NCBI GenBank assembly: GCA_973895155.1
Contig: OZ316898.1
Coordinates: 746,751-810,750 of the forward strand
DNA length: 64,000 nucleotides
Origin: Marsupella aquatica
Taxonomy: Eukaryota > Plantae > Marchantiophyta
Direction: 5' to 3'
Shown here: positions 37,761 through 51,582 of the stretch, piece after piece
How positions within the stretch are numbered: the first letter of the stretch is position 1
How the letters are laid out: the number at the start of each line of letters is the position of its first letter
Made by a program: the position numbers and the translations under genes
Notes under the pieces: model-generated
Seen by the model: only the letters and a program-made list of their open reading frames with translations
Databases searched by the model: none
What the model was told of the DNA's origin: nothing

Positions 37761-39988
37761 CAACAAAGAAAAGGTGGGCGAAAACTTTTCAGAGAGACCT
37801 GGAATCTAGCGAATTTTGGCCACTAAATAAAAAAGATGGATCAGGTGGGATGATTGGAGACTGTCGTCTTGGAGTGTGTAATCGACACTGCGCCGCCAGA
37901 TCGATCTCTCATCATCATCTCCCTTCCCCTCAATCTCGGGAGGTCGGTCGGCCCACTCATGATCCATTCTGATGAGCTTCTCTCGGGCTGGCTGGCTATG
38001 GCTGCCTTGTCTGTCGCTACGGTCGACGCTAGCTTCCGGTTGTTCCTCGTTGCGCTTCCAATGATTAGCGGTGGTGGAAATGAAATGGTTGGATCGCGGA
38101 TCATCGATCCGTGATTGTGATGAGTATACTACTACTCTAGAGGCTATGGGGAGACTAGTGTTGTTACTTGTTGTTGAGAATGAAATGTCAACGGGGCCGC
38201 CATCCTGTCAGGTTTTTTAGCACTGATGTCTGATGAGTCGACGGGGTTCCAGTATTATTGGCCCGATATGCTAGCGTTGCGATGCGATGCGATGCGACGC
38301 GACGAGATTCTCTCTTTTTCCGTGCAGAGACCGTCATTCCGCGTGCCCCCACCATTGTCAATTTCCCCAATCGCAAACATCAAAACAAAAGTAACTTGGG
38401 AAGCTTTTGAATTACTCACGGATTCCCAGACCCCGACCCTTAAATTTGCGTATGGGGTTGTGGACTGTAGCAAAGGTTTTGAAGATGTGGCTAGCTGTGC
38501 CTCGGGAGACGGGAACCGGTGGGAACTACTGTAGGTTTAGGGTTTGCCCCTCACATCGAAAAAGGCTTTCAATCTCATACGTTCCTCTTAGCCGCAGCAC
38601 ACACTGCGGTGAAGCATTCAAGAATATATAGTAGAGTAGATGAAAGCTTTTTATCGGCGAAAGCGTGCTGAAGAGGTTTCAGACACGGGGCGCGAGAGGT
38701 AGTCCAACTTTATTTACGGGATGCGCACTTTTACTACTTTGCATGAGCGCAATCCTGACGGCGCGAATGCATGGTACTGTTTTTCGAAAGTGTGTCGGGT
38801 GCGAGATAGACGGTAAAAGCCAGAAGAGGTTGTCCCAAAGAGTCGCCAGAAATCAGACCAGATGCTTTAGATAAACTTTAATCCGTCTCTCGCTCTCTGT
38901 TATCGAATGCACTGCGCCACACTCATGGCCTTCAGCTCAAAGGGCAAGTCTAGCGAACGGGAAGGCACCAGGCAGCGGCATCATCGTCCGGTAGCCGACC
39001 GTCATGTTGAATCGGCTGCTTTAGCTCCACTGGGGCTAATAATAATAATGTAGGAACAAACGTTGTAAGAACACAATTATTTCGCATCAACAATACCTCG
39101 GGCAATGCGCTTCACCGTATCGATGGAAGTTTCGAAAATTCAGATCTGCAATGCCAGAAATATTCTGGAAATTCTTAGAAGCGGGGAATCGTATTGGCAG
39201 CCGAACGCTCATTCAAAACAACAAGGCCCGCCCGAACTGGACATGCAAATTATAACGCAGTGGCTCCAGCTACAGTAGTTTGGGTTTGCTTTTGGGCTTG
39301 CTGGCACAAGTGCCAAGGCACTTAGGCACATCAAGGCTGTGCTGCAAATAATCCTGGCAGAACTACTCGTCTTTTCCTCATGCCCGTCACAAAATCTTAC
39401 GCAATTTCTCGATGTCCGTGCCGTAAGACAATGGAAAAAAAGGAAACAAGAAGACGACTCCTCGGTCTGTGGTCTGGTAAGGTTTAGAGTATTGTGGTAG
39501 GTTATGAGATTAAATTTTCCATGGGGACTGAGATCCGTGGCTATGAGTACTAGTATTGCAAATCTTGCGTCGTGACACTTATTGGCCTCTATAAACCTTG
39601 TCCTTTGCGGAGACATTCCGTTCAGTCGAGTCCAGCATCATTCAGGCCAGAATCTCGATCGGCACCACCTGTGGATGTACTGTGTAGCTCCAAACTTTCC
39701 TCCATTTCCTCGTTAACGGATTCTGACGCGAGTTTTACGCTAACTGACGTACCTTGGTGAGAGCTGAATGCACTTAGACTGATCAGGAAACCAACTGTTT
39801 CTCATACACGTCAATTCTGCGCACACTACTTTCTCGAATACTCCCCAAATGCCTTCCGATATTGTTCTCATAACAGGACTCATTTGTATGTTGTATGTAT
39901 ATGAATGCTTCCCAGACATCAGGACGATTCAACTCCATTTGCTTATCATCAAGTAGAGGACTAAACAATGGCTACCACCTATGCCTAT

Positions 39989-42900
39989 CTATGTGAAGAC
40001 GTGCTGTCTCCGGGCTTGCAATTTGCGTGGCACAGGAAGCGGATCTCCGGGACCGACATTATTTACAGGAGGACGGGCAAAGTGATGTGTGGTTTCCTCC
40101 TGATAAGCGATGGCCAATGCAAGTACCTGCATTCATCGAATAGCATCAATTGTTGGGTCCCCAGCAAAGATACTCGTGAAAACTGTAATCCTGCTATATG
40201 TTAGCTTAATAAGATAGGTGGATATTAAAGACGATGAAAATCATGTGCAGATTGAAGCTTGCACTACATTCTTGCCCAGCCTCTCGTGGTAATCGGTTTC
40301 AACAATGATGCAAATCTTCCTCCAAGGAAAAGTTGAGATCTTTTTCTCATCAACATATCAAACATGCGAGAGTTCTGTAGTGTGCTGGTACCTCGCCATC
40401 ACGGTGAGGGGCCGCATAAATTCCAGTCGTGATGGTGGTTCTTCTATTTGTCCCACCTGGGGGAGGATCAGTGATGTTCTTCAGTCCTGTTGGCACTACC
40501 ATTACCGGTATGCCTACCAAGTTTCCAACAGAGACTTTCTCCCAATCAGTTGCATTCCCAATGAAAGCATCGATTTTCGCCTCCTGAAGACATTTCAGTA
40601 TCTGTCGTTGAAGGATGCCTCTCACTCTCTGTGTCTGTTGTTTCAAAATTTCCAACATGTTTTGCAAGTCAGCTATAAGGACGGACAAGCAAAAGAATCA
40701 TCATTATCAATGAAATTCCAAAAAGTCAGCAGATTGGGTTACCAAATTCACACAAACCTTGTGTCTCTGACTAGATTGTTATGCAACCCTGTCTAAGATC
40801 TACTTCTCCTACTATATTCTTGGTCAAGAAAATGATCTAGCTAGGGTACTTTTAAGTTTGCGGGACCAATCACTAACCTGCACGTAGTCCACAGCTGAAA
40901 TCAACCGTGCTCGACGGGTCTCAAGGGGCCATTGCCATTGTGCTTCATATTCGTCGTCAAGGCCAGACCTTTGCCAATGGTCGAAGTTTGCCAACATGTC
41001 AACATCCATCACGAAATTTATCATGTCCTGAGCTGAATTCACAGTGTAGTTGAGGTCGAACTTTACCATCTCCACACCTCTGGAAGCCAGAACACGCACC
41101 ACCTGCACAATCATCATGTTGTTGATGTCCAGAAAACAGCCCGTAGTAGTTACAATCTTGAGAACTTGCTCCACTGATAGATACTTCCTCACATGTTGAA
41201 TTGAGCGTTATCGTGGATCTCCAGAATGAGCAAAGGGTATAAAATACAAAGAGCCAAGTAAGCAAGACGAGGATTTAATGACTTATTATCTCAGGATTCA
41301 TAGGTCCAATTCCACACATGCATCAGAAAATGCAAAACATCTAAAAGCTAGGAACGTTGTGCTAACGATATAACTCGAGACCCTACATCTCATACGTGAG
41401 AACGATGTTCTCTGTCTCTCAATGAACCAATTGATACACCGGGGATATTAAAAACAAGTTTGTTGATTTCTCTTGTATAAAACGCCCAAAGTTTGAAGAA
41501 GTCGGAGATAGGACAGGAGACCAATTGTCGGGGCTAGGGAGTGAACGGCATTATGCCAAGGCTGCAAAGAACCTTATCAGAGTTACGCTGGTAGGGTCGG
41601 TAAGGAGATTCAAAGCCACACATTTTCAAAATGAAGTCTGTTCGGTTTTACAGGAATACCTTCAAGGATTGTCACCGTCAACTTTATACGTTTCAGAGCA
41701 ATACCACTAGTCGGGTCTAGACACAGCCATCACCATATCGCCAAGAAGCATTGCATCAAACAAATGAGAAAGCTAATGGTATGATGTGTGATCTACCTCC
41801 ATGTCTGCATCTGGCAGGTAACCAACAACGAGCTTCGTTATGTCAATTTGAAAGGGGTCCTTCAACTGTATGTCCTTTGACGATATGTCATCAGGATCCC
41901 TTCCTCTGATGATATCCAAAATTACAGCACAATCAGCCGCACTCCTGCAAAAAGGTCCAATCTTGTCCTGAAAGACCACCCTTGTTAGATTAAAAAAGGG
42001 ATGATATATTATAAAGTAATAGTTAATTCAAGCGTACACAGAGGAGCAGGAGCAAAATCTCGACCTACCATGCTAGCAGATAAGGCCAGCACCCAGGACC
42101 TTCCCACCAACCCAAAACTTGGTCTGATGGCAGTAACACCAGTTCGTGCTGCAGGGTATGTGATTGATCCTGCGGTCTCTGACCCCAATGCAAATGGGAC
42201 ATTGCCTAGGAACCAAAAGAATTTTCGAAGGTCACTGTCTGATTCAAAAACTAGGGAAATACACACGACTGTAGCTCTGCTCATCAGCCATGACACTCTC
42301 AAGTGGGAATTTTAGAAGAGCTATCCTAAACTTATAGGACAAGGTCTATTTCTTTCTATTTCTTTTCATTACTTACCAGCACTAGTACTTACTGCAGGTC
42401 CAGCTGATGAGCCTGTGCTGCCCTCTGCAATGTTCCATGGATTCTTGGTTTGTCCTCCAAACCATATATCGTCATAAGCTAGAGAGCCTGCAACTAGCTT
42501 GGCTATCAGAACAGCCCCTGCGGCTTTTAATCTGTGCAGAAAAAAACACCACAGATAACCCAGTTAATTGTCTAGGAATGATCAGAGAATTAAGGTGCGG
42601 AGGAACCCAACTCCTTGCGATAAGCAGCGGGCACAATTAGATGTGCACACGCGCAATTCATGGTGGTCTGGAACTACTTCAAATAAACTCTAACCCAGAC
42701 AACTCGGCCAGAGGATGCACCTTTTGTAAACCCATGCCTCCTCATTAATGACCTGATCTCTAAAGGATCTGCTTCCCCAAGTTGTCTTATACTTAGGCAC
42801 TGCGATAATGTCCTTCAATCCATATGGAATGCCATGCAAGGGACCTTCAGAACAAATTACAGTATGTGAGGCTCAGAGCTTCATTCCCACTGCAGTATTT

Positions 42901-45900
42901 GCATGCCAGCCATAGACAACAACCAAACTTGAGAAGAGTAGAGCTTGTCATTTTTTCAACTAACAATGACCTTACCAAGATAGGTGCCCTTTTCCAGCAG
43001 GGTGTCTGCGGCTAAGGCTTGCTCATTGGCCAGTTCAGTTGTATATGTTATCACTGCCTTCAGCCAAAAATCATATCTAGAAAACAACATTGTTGGGAAC
43101 AGGACAAAAATAAGAAACAGAGTTTAGGAGTAATCACAATATGGAATACCCAAATTGTAGATAGTTATCCAAATCAAATGAATGCAAGCATTGTGAATTG
43201 AGAACAAACAAAACACATTAAAATGTAAACGGGAATGGATAATTGCCTTTTAAGCCGATTAGTGTAGAGTTGGACAAGTTCTTGTGATGTGACCTGCTTT
43301 GTCCGGATAAGTGCCCCCAACTCCAAAACCTATTCCGTTTGAACCAATCGTAAAATTTGCTTACTGCAATTGAGGGATATCACATGCAGTTGACGGAATC
43401 ATCCATGTAATCTATTTCCTTTTCAAAGATTGTAAACTGCAGTGATCAGTTGAAGAAGCTCATGTCAAATCCCAAAGGTCTGAGGAACCTCGTTGAATGC
43501 GAAACCCCAAGTATTCCGCAAAGCTTAGTATTTAGGACAGACTTACTCAAATCCTGTTCTATTCAAAAATACCTGCTACCCATACATACGTAAATATGAC
43601 AACTAACCTACGCCTACCTAACTAACCTAAAGTGCCATAGAACTTACAGTCATAAATGCCAGGTCATCATCATTATCTGGTCGCGTAACATTGTCAAGCA
43701 CTGGATACTTAAACTGAGCGTCAGGGGCTGCACCCTGGCACTCGTTGTTAAGAGTTGGGTCGAACGTAAGAGCAGGCGGATTGTGAAGACCTCCATCCTG
43801 ATAGCCTAACAGATCTCTATTCCTTTGAAACCCCGGAATGTTGAAGAGTTGAGCACCCTTTGCCATTTCGTGCCGCTGCAGTAAGAGACTCATTTCATAT
43901 TGTCAATGACAGGCCAAAAGGACTGATTCTTCCAAGCGCCACATTTCAAGTCCATCTATCTCAGGCATAACCATCAAGCTATGGCAGACATGGACGAGAC
44001 TTCATTCCAAGGCATCATTACCATTAATCATTTTTCTATGACGACAAGTGTGTAGCACTTGTAATCTAGAGTCATTGATGAGCACACTCTTCATTTAACA
44101 AATGAATAGCATTCCCTTAGATGACAGGTGGCAGATGCATATAGATTTTTCCTGAACACTGCAAAGAATCTTGGTAGTTTTTCTACAATTAGACAGGGAT
44201 TGTTAGTACATATCCCATCTACACACTGGAAGGACTCTGGCGGGTTGAATGCATGAATCGTTTGTGGAGTCCACAGATCTCCAGTTGCAATGAGGTCAAA
44301 AGTCCAAGAACTCGAAAACAAAAGTTGCTTGAGGCAAGAATGAAAATAACACTATTCAAGTTTGGAGATCATGAGCAATTTGCACTTCCGTTTTGGTTAT
44401 TATTCTAGTGAAGTTGGCAATACAAGCCTGGTCCTCGCAGCTCGAATGGAACCTGACTGAAGAGTCAGTGCAAAAGGCTAGAGTCAGGCAAGGTTTATCA
44501 GAGGACAATAAGGAGTGACTCGTTTTGTGTGCCATGCAAGATTGGAGGGTGGAAAGACATCGAATGACATTGAGAGACTACCTCGGCACGACTGAAAACA
44601 TCCGCATCAGAGAGCTTGGTGGCACCAAGGACAGCTGTTTCGTTGAGGGAGACATCAGTTGAAAGTAAAGTCTTTGGGTCCTTACTTCCTAGAACATTTT
44701 CAATGACATAAAGAATTCCATCTTTGGCAATATATTTGGACATCACTACAGCAGTCCCGATGAAAACCAGTTTTCCAACTGTCTCAATCTGCATAACAGC
44801 CACCGAACAAGTCAACCATAAGAAACAAATAGTTGACAGGAAATCCACCCGTTATACTTGAATCGCTGACTGAATAAAATCGTAAGGGAAGTGCGGGTGT
44901 ACCTCTACAATGGCATCCCCATTGACCTGGATTCGCGTCCCATTTTCAAGAGAATTGATCTCAAAGTTGCCATCCACAACTGTATATGAAGTACAATTAT
45001 TTCACTACTTTATTTCCAAATGACGCACCCAAAAATTACCTCGAATAAGAGTTGAAATCCTGACTGGCGCCAGAGTGACGTCAACTGCATTAACTGGTTT
45101 ATTGACTGGAAACTAACATTACCACAGTTTCGGAGAGTTCAAATTCAAAATTGAAGGCGAACACGGCCTTTGACACAATTCGAGCCTTTGCATATCTCTC
45201 TGTATTGAGCTTCACAGTTTTCTCTACTACCACATGAGGAATATGGAGCTACACAGCTACACAGCTACCAGATAACCCACCTAACATTCTGGTGAACCAC
45301 TTCTTGATAGACTTAGACAGGCAGAAAATTACCATGATTTAGTATGAGTTGGTCCAAGCTCGTTGACTTGAGTAGGTCATCCACAGACGTACAAGGATTG
45401 GCGACAAAGTAGTGGTCGACACATGTTAGAAGAGAATTGTTGATGACCTTCTCAATGGCTGCATTACTTGGGACAAAAAAAGTTTGAGAACCTTGCCCCT
45501 GTCGAGAAGAAGTCCCGACCTTGCTCTTTAGTAAAGCCCTGTTGAATATTGCCTGATAACCAGTTCAAAACGCCAAACCCAGGGTGTATCAGGCTAAGTA
45601 TCCCTTGCTATGATTTTGCTATTTGTGGTTTCTAACAACATCTTAGTTACATTCAACTCCGCTCTCGGCCCCAGGGGCCAATTAGGCTCAGGACAGAGTA
45701 TTTTCCTTGAATTCATTCCTTTGGTTTCTCTCTTAACGAAAAGTAAAACCAACTCTTTCTCTTCACTTCAGACAAGCCGAAGCTGCACGAGAAGAACCAT
45801 CCATCCTAAGTAATTTATGTAATGAGCATTCAAATGACGAGAAAACTTACAACTTCAGGAAGGGAAGACAAAAGAGATTTTATGGTGTCGTCGTTGGATG

Positions 45901-45988
45901 ATGCTGAGAACACCACTGTGCAGCTAGTGAATAGATGACATAACAGGCACAGAATGCAAACCCATCTCCAGAGAGGACGCGGCTCCAT
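39989..45988 (-). CDS. Amidase-signature family protein (At5g07360-like) with signal peptide and N-terminal fasciclin (FAS1) domain; ~15 exons
   Basis: Exons read: 45988-45851 (signal peptide MEPRPLWRWVCILCLLCHLF), 45552-45333 (TFFVPSNAAI..LILNH), 44979-44903, 44788-44582 (KDGILYVIENVL), uncertain exon(s) near 44330-44100, 43875-43648, ~43329-43247, 43076-42976, 42844-42721 (GPLHGIPYGLKD), ~42531-42376 (NPWN..TGSSAG), ~42205-42069 (GSETAGS), ~41967-41797, ~41102-40878, ~40634-40392, ~40126-39989 (stop TAG). Lys/Ser/Ser triad intact. Confidence 0.9.
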
Positions 45989-46340
45989 GTCTCCACCAAT
46001 GTCGCAGCATGCCCGCGAAGGTAATCAGTGTTAAGAGTTGGGATCGGTCCAAAGCATATGAAAGTAATTCCGTTACTTTGCGAGATGGAATAGAAGCTTC
46101 AATACACACCTACAACGGTACGCTTCCGTTCTCGCGATAGACATTCTTGCCAATAAGTGGCCAAAGACAAAGGTTTGATTTCCACACTTTTTGTTAGCGA
46201 GATGGGCGTTTTCTCCAGAACGCAATTGGTCTTCGGAAAAGGTGGATGCTAATCGACTATCTCTTCATACGCATCAACTGAAACATTGCCTTCCGTTTCG
46301 CATACGCAAACTACATTAGAAGATAAGGGTGGCTTTACAA

Positions 46341-46658
46341 GAACTTGGGTCCAGCAATTCGTTTTTATGCAATCCTAGCCATTCATATGTGTGAAGTGGC
46401 CACATTTCACTTTACATGAACTTGGGTGCAGCAATTCCTTTTTATGCGATCCTAGCCATTCATATGTGTGAAGTGGCCACACTTCACTTTACATTAACTT
46501 GGGTGCAGCAATTCCTTTTTATGCAATCCTAGCCATTCATATGTGTGAACTGGCCACACTTCACTTTACATGAACTTGGGTGCAGCAATTCCTTTTTATG
46601 CAATCCTAGCCATTCATATGTGTGAACTGGCCACACTTCACTTTACATGAACTTGGGG
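46341..46658. repeat. 77-bp tandem repeat x4 in the amidase upstream region
   Basis: Units start at 46341, 46418, 46495, 46572 and partial 46649; near-identical with no unique spacers. Confidence 0.95.
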
Positions 46659-49600
46659 GCACAATGAACCAAAAGCATTACCTAACCTAGTTATCTGTTA
46701 GTGGGCCCCTTGTGGGTCCTTTTTTTGCTGAGGTTTTTTGCTGAGGTGTGCAAGCTTTTTTGTCAAAAACTTAGACCTATTCTTGAGGTGGTCTAAAAAC
46801 TTGGAGCAAACGGCCACTTATTTTCAGGGAATTGCATTGATTACTTCTAAACCTGACACATTTTGGCTCAGGCATTTTAACTTTTGTGGAAGGAAATGGC
46901 CATCAGCTTTGCTCTAGATGGAGAGAGATTGAACGGCCCCCATGGTCTTGTAAAGCCCCCTAAGAGGTATTTATCGTGAAGCCACACTAGTCCAAACCTT
47001 CCACAGATTTATCGGATTTGCCAACAACACTTTGCATTCTGCTAAGTCATCAACCATTCTTCGAGATCAAGGGCTCACACAACACACAATTGACCTGAAG
47101 CATTTTGAATGTATTTGGCTCCCCTCGTAAATGTTAATTTTTCCTTTTCAATTACTCCTTAGTGAATTATCTTTTTTCTCATGAGAGTGAGAGAAATGAA
47201 TTTGAACAATGTGCAAATCTGGTACTAAATTCCCCTCATGCTTTCCTTTACAAAATTTATGGTTTTAATTGAGTTTATTGTCATTACCTAGAAGCAAGTG
47301 AAAATCTGTACTATATGTGCACAACTCTTTAGTACCTTAGTTTGTACTTTATTGGTCATAGTGTGTTTTTCTTTGCATGTGTACTATGTCACTCACTCTT
47401 AATTAACAGATATTAATTTCTTGACATATACTTTACATGTTCCTATTTCTTTTATCATAAAATAAATCAAATGAATTACATATCACTACAAGACAAAAAA
47501 AGAGGCATGTTCCAAGATGAACATGCTATATGGAATTTTAAAAATGGGGGGAAATAGCATTGATCCATAGGGCAAGAGTTACGGCCTCATCTGTCTCATA
47601 GCCTAAGTATATTCTTTTTTCCTCCATTCTTGATCAAGTGTCATCACAAATGCAGCACCCATCACCACGTCAAGCACAAAGCCCAAGCGCCTTCAGTTGC
47701 AGCTTTTGGAACTTCCGGAGTCATGGACTTCTGGATTTGCGCCTAAAACTACGGGAAGTTACAGGTTAAGTGTACGTTGAGCCCGCAGAATTTCCTTATG
47801 GTAGCTAAAGATTGGCTCCCATAACTTTTATGGGAGTTCCTGTAATAATGGAGTTACTTATGAGGGACCGAGACTTATCTTGTTAGCACTAGACTTTGAG
47901 ACGCCCTATTGGAATGTTCTCTTAGAGAGACTAGAGAAGAATGGACACTAAGTTAGTGCATATAGTAGGAGTAGGCAAAGACTTATTGCACATAATCTAA
48001 AAAGACAAAGTCTTGGTGCTTAGATTAGTCTAGTACTCAAGGCAAAGACTAAAGTTAGTCTACTTTAGATGATGGACCCCCCAAAATGAAAAGTGTTACT
48101 TGAGGGGACCCTGAGTGATCCTGATCCAGACTCCTGATACTCCTTGATAGACTTTAAATCAACATACCCAAACCTCCTAGTCTGTCTGTAACAAGATGTC
48201 TCTCTAGTGTTTGGACTATAGTAGAGGTCCTTGGAAACTCAGTTGTTGTTATTTATTGGGTCCTGCCATTCAATGCTGCCCATTGTCACCCAACCACTGC
48301 CCATTGTGCACAAAGTGTGAAGAGATGAACCAATGTATGTCTTTACATTTTTGAATGCTACCAGTGGTGTGCGGTTGCAAACAAGGACAGCAAGTGCTGC
48401 AGCTAACAGTAGCCGTCTTCTTTATCACGAGTGAGGTTCTGAGATGGAGCTACATAGCATCCAACTTCTGCACAAATCCCCATATATCCCAAAGTGCCTG
48501 TTCTATATGATCTTGCACAGTTTGGGTTGTTTTTCAGCCTTCACTTGGGATTTTAAAATCGTCATTCAAGTCCAACTCATCACCTGCAGACACAACACCA
48601 CTGTCAAAAAAGCAGCAACCAATGACGATCTCCATCAATAACATTGTCTGTGGGTTAATGTAGTATATTGCCATCCAGAGAGCATACTTGCCTGGAGCTT
48701 CCTGCACATTAAAAGTATGGTTCAGTAGCATGAATCCATTGGGCATGCACATTTTTTGGGTTCCTGTAAAGAACCATGTAGGTCATGTTTCATCAAGAGT
48801 CTGATACTTTGATGTTTTGGTGGGCAATTGGCAAAAATAGCATCACCATTGAGATGTCTAAATGGTGATAATGAAAGCATATGACAACTCACAAAATTGA
48901 TTTGATTCATAGATGATGTCAGAAATACAGTCATACAGCCTTAGCCTGGCTGATCAAATATAATGTGCTTGAGCTCTAAACTCCTCATCATGTGATTGCT
49001 GCATTTTGTGTTGCTTCAGAACAGCATTTCAATTGGGCCCTTCCAATTATTTATTTGTTCAATTGGTGAATAGAGTTGAATTTCAAAGTGGAGGCTAGTA
49101 ATTCAAAGCTATCAAAACCAACTTTGGAAGTAGAGGAGAGCAATCTTCCAAGCAAGAACAGAGTTCCTTCAGTTTTTGTTAGCTCCCCTCTTTCATTCTG
49201 CTTATTTTCTCAAGGAAGTTTGAAATAACTAAGGATCATCGAAGTCCTTTTGGAGGTTTTGACACTCTTCTGAGAAAGAGAACATGCACAAGTAGTGGGT
49301 GATGAATTTTCCTCAATAACACCAACTGCAGTAGGTCTCGTTCTTTCTGTCAGCAATTTTTTTCTTCATTTTTTTCATTTCTTGCTAATTTGGCTCATGT
49401 TGACAATTGTCAGAAAGATCAAAGCAATTAAATACAATAAACCTGATGACACTCGACTATACTGTTACGGACTCTAAAAGACTGGGCCAGCACACATTTT
49501 TAAACTTCTCTGATTATGGAATCATAGACTTTCCTAAATCCCTTGGAGATTCCCCTCTGAAGATGTATATTGGTATCTCATTTCTGATATCTGCTATGGA

Positions 49601-50211
49601 CAATATAGGTTAGAATGCAAAATGCACAAGCCATGAGAGGATGAATTATGAATGATCTGACCTTAACATAGACAGGCGACTTGACAGCATTAGAGTGAAG
49701 GTCGATGGTTGATCATTCAGTAACAGGATCAAAAAATGTATAGCATGAGTTTCATGCATTTCCAACAACATTTGAGCACTGGTGAAACACTACCTCTTCC
49801 ATATCTTTGATGTGTGGACTTTTTTTACAAAGTAGTCATGAAATGGGACGACTGAGTTCACAGTCCCAATCAGTGCCTACTTTTTGAGAGCAATATTCAT
49901 TTCTAAACAATGATCCCCCCAAAACCCCTTTGCGCAAGCAGCTGCCAAGATCTGATTGGTATCTTACAAAGCAAGATTCTTACCTTATTCACATAAATTC
50001 CCCCATCCCCCCATTAATTAATCCTCTCGATGACTCATGACCATTCCTTCTTGGCTTTGTCAATTTCTCAAAGGAACAGTCCATCTTCTCAGGTAGCTTA
50101 TCGATCAGCTCTTTGAAGGGCATTCCCACTTTTGTTAGGGTAGTTGCTTAATTGCCCTTTGGTACTAAACACTAGCTTACCTGGTTATCAAAATTTAATG
50201 TGAAAATACAT

Positions 50212-50555
50212 CTCAGGGGGTCACTTTGACGGAAGTGGCACATGCTCAGGCACATCATGTACGACAAAGTATAGACCTATTTAAATGGGTGTGGTGGAAG
50301 ACTTCCAAAGTTTTGTGGACAAACAAATAAGACATGCTTTATTGATTGGTTGGCTTTAAATAACAAATAGACCTATTTAATTCCTGATTTAATTGTAAAA
50401 AAAATTCTTTAAAGTTTTAAGGGGTTTTAAGTAAAAATGACAAAATTCAAAGAAAGAAAGGGTGTTGCAAAAAAACAATTTCACTTCTAAGTTAGGGGGG
50501 TCAAACATTAAAACGTCACATGCATGTATGGCCCTCCATATAGTGACCCCTCAAG
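50212..50555 (+). mobile_element. MITE family B copy 2 (8-bp TSD)
   Basis: CTCAGGGGGTCACT...AGTGACCCCTCAAG; TSD AAATACAT at 50204-50211 and 50556-50563; shares subterminal sequence with 35398-35647. Confidence 0.9.
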
Positions 50556-51582
50556 AAATACATTATTATATGAATTCTTTGTATTTACAAAAAATCAAAA
50601 TTAAAGTAAATAAAAAGGTTACTGTCAATAAAAGTTTCATCTCTTCCTTTGTATTTTTGTTATTCTTACGCTTAGGGTTTACCGCATGGCGACCCAAAAT
50701 TTATACAAAAATGGTCACAAACACAATTTGGGAGGTTATTTCTCTTCACATAACCGTCATGTCGTGTTTGTCGTCGTCCTAGCTTGCTGACATGACACAT
50801 TGTGGTGCTAGGAATTTTGCAAAGGACCTTGGGCTAATTGGGGTCCGTAATCATTGGGACCCAAAATCTGAGTAAGTGATTAATTTATTGGGCAAAAAAA
50901 TCATTGCTACAGTACGATAATTATCATGGAAACATTGACAGAAGGACAGGTGGATGGGAGCCTCAATCCTCTGCAGAGCTGGGATCACAAGAAGTGCAGG
51001 GTCTTAAGTTCTTCACAAAGGGTGGGATTATTGTTGAGCATAGACGACAATCGCAATTGCAAGCCCATGAACCATCCAATGCACAAAAGTCGACATGGAG
51101 AGATATGTGGTTCACCTCCACAGGAACACACAAGAGCTTTAGGGTTTAGGGTTTAGGACCGGCCATACCAATCCACAGCGCAAGCTCTCCCTATCTCTCA
51201 ACTAGCTCCGTAACAATGAGCCTTCGTTCCTCGAGGGTCTGGCACCAGCCCTGGCTATATACACAACAGCACTACCGCTAACATTAGCTAAGTCCTAACC
51301 CAAGTTAGCCTAACTGTGGTTAGCTCATGAGTCACAAGACTAAGAGCAATACCTAACAAACTCCCCCTTGACTCTTGTCTTGGGGATTGGACTAATTGCT
51401 ACCATATATGGAATCCTCAACGGGAAGTTCTAGACAATCACCTAAACAGGTTTCCCCCTAAAAACCATAAGGGTTAACTAAGGGTTAACTAGAATTAAGC
51501 CGTAGCCAAACTGGAATGAGTAATCCATATACAAATAGTCACACATTGCTAAATAACTCTACTTGAGCTATAACTGCAAAAC

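Noticed and set aside
46341-46658. Regular repeat array as CRISPR
   Set aside because: Whole 77-bp units are repeated; there are no unique spacers.
48300-49400. Possible SWIM/Mutator transposase remnant (CxC...CK.I.W on minus)
   Set aside because: Too decayed to support; only one partial motif.
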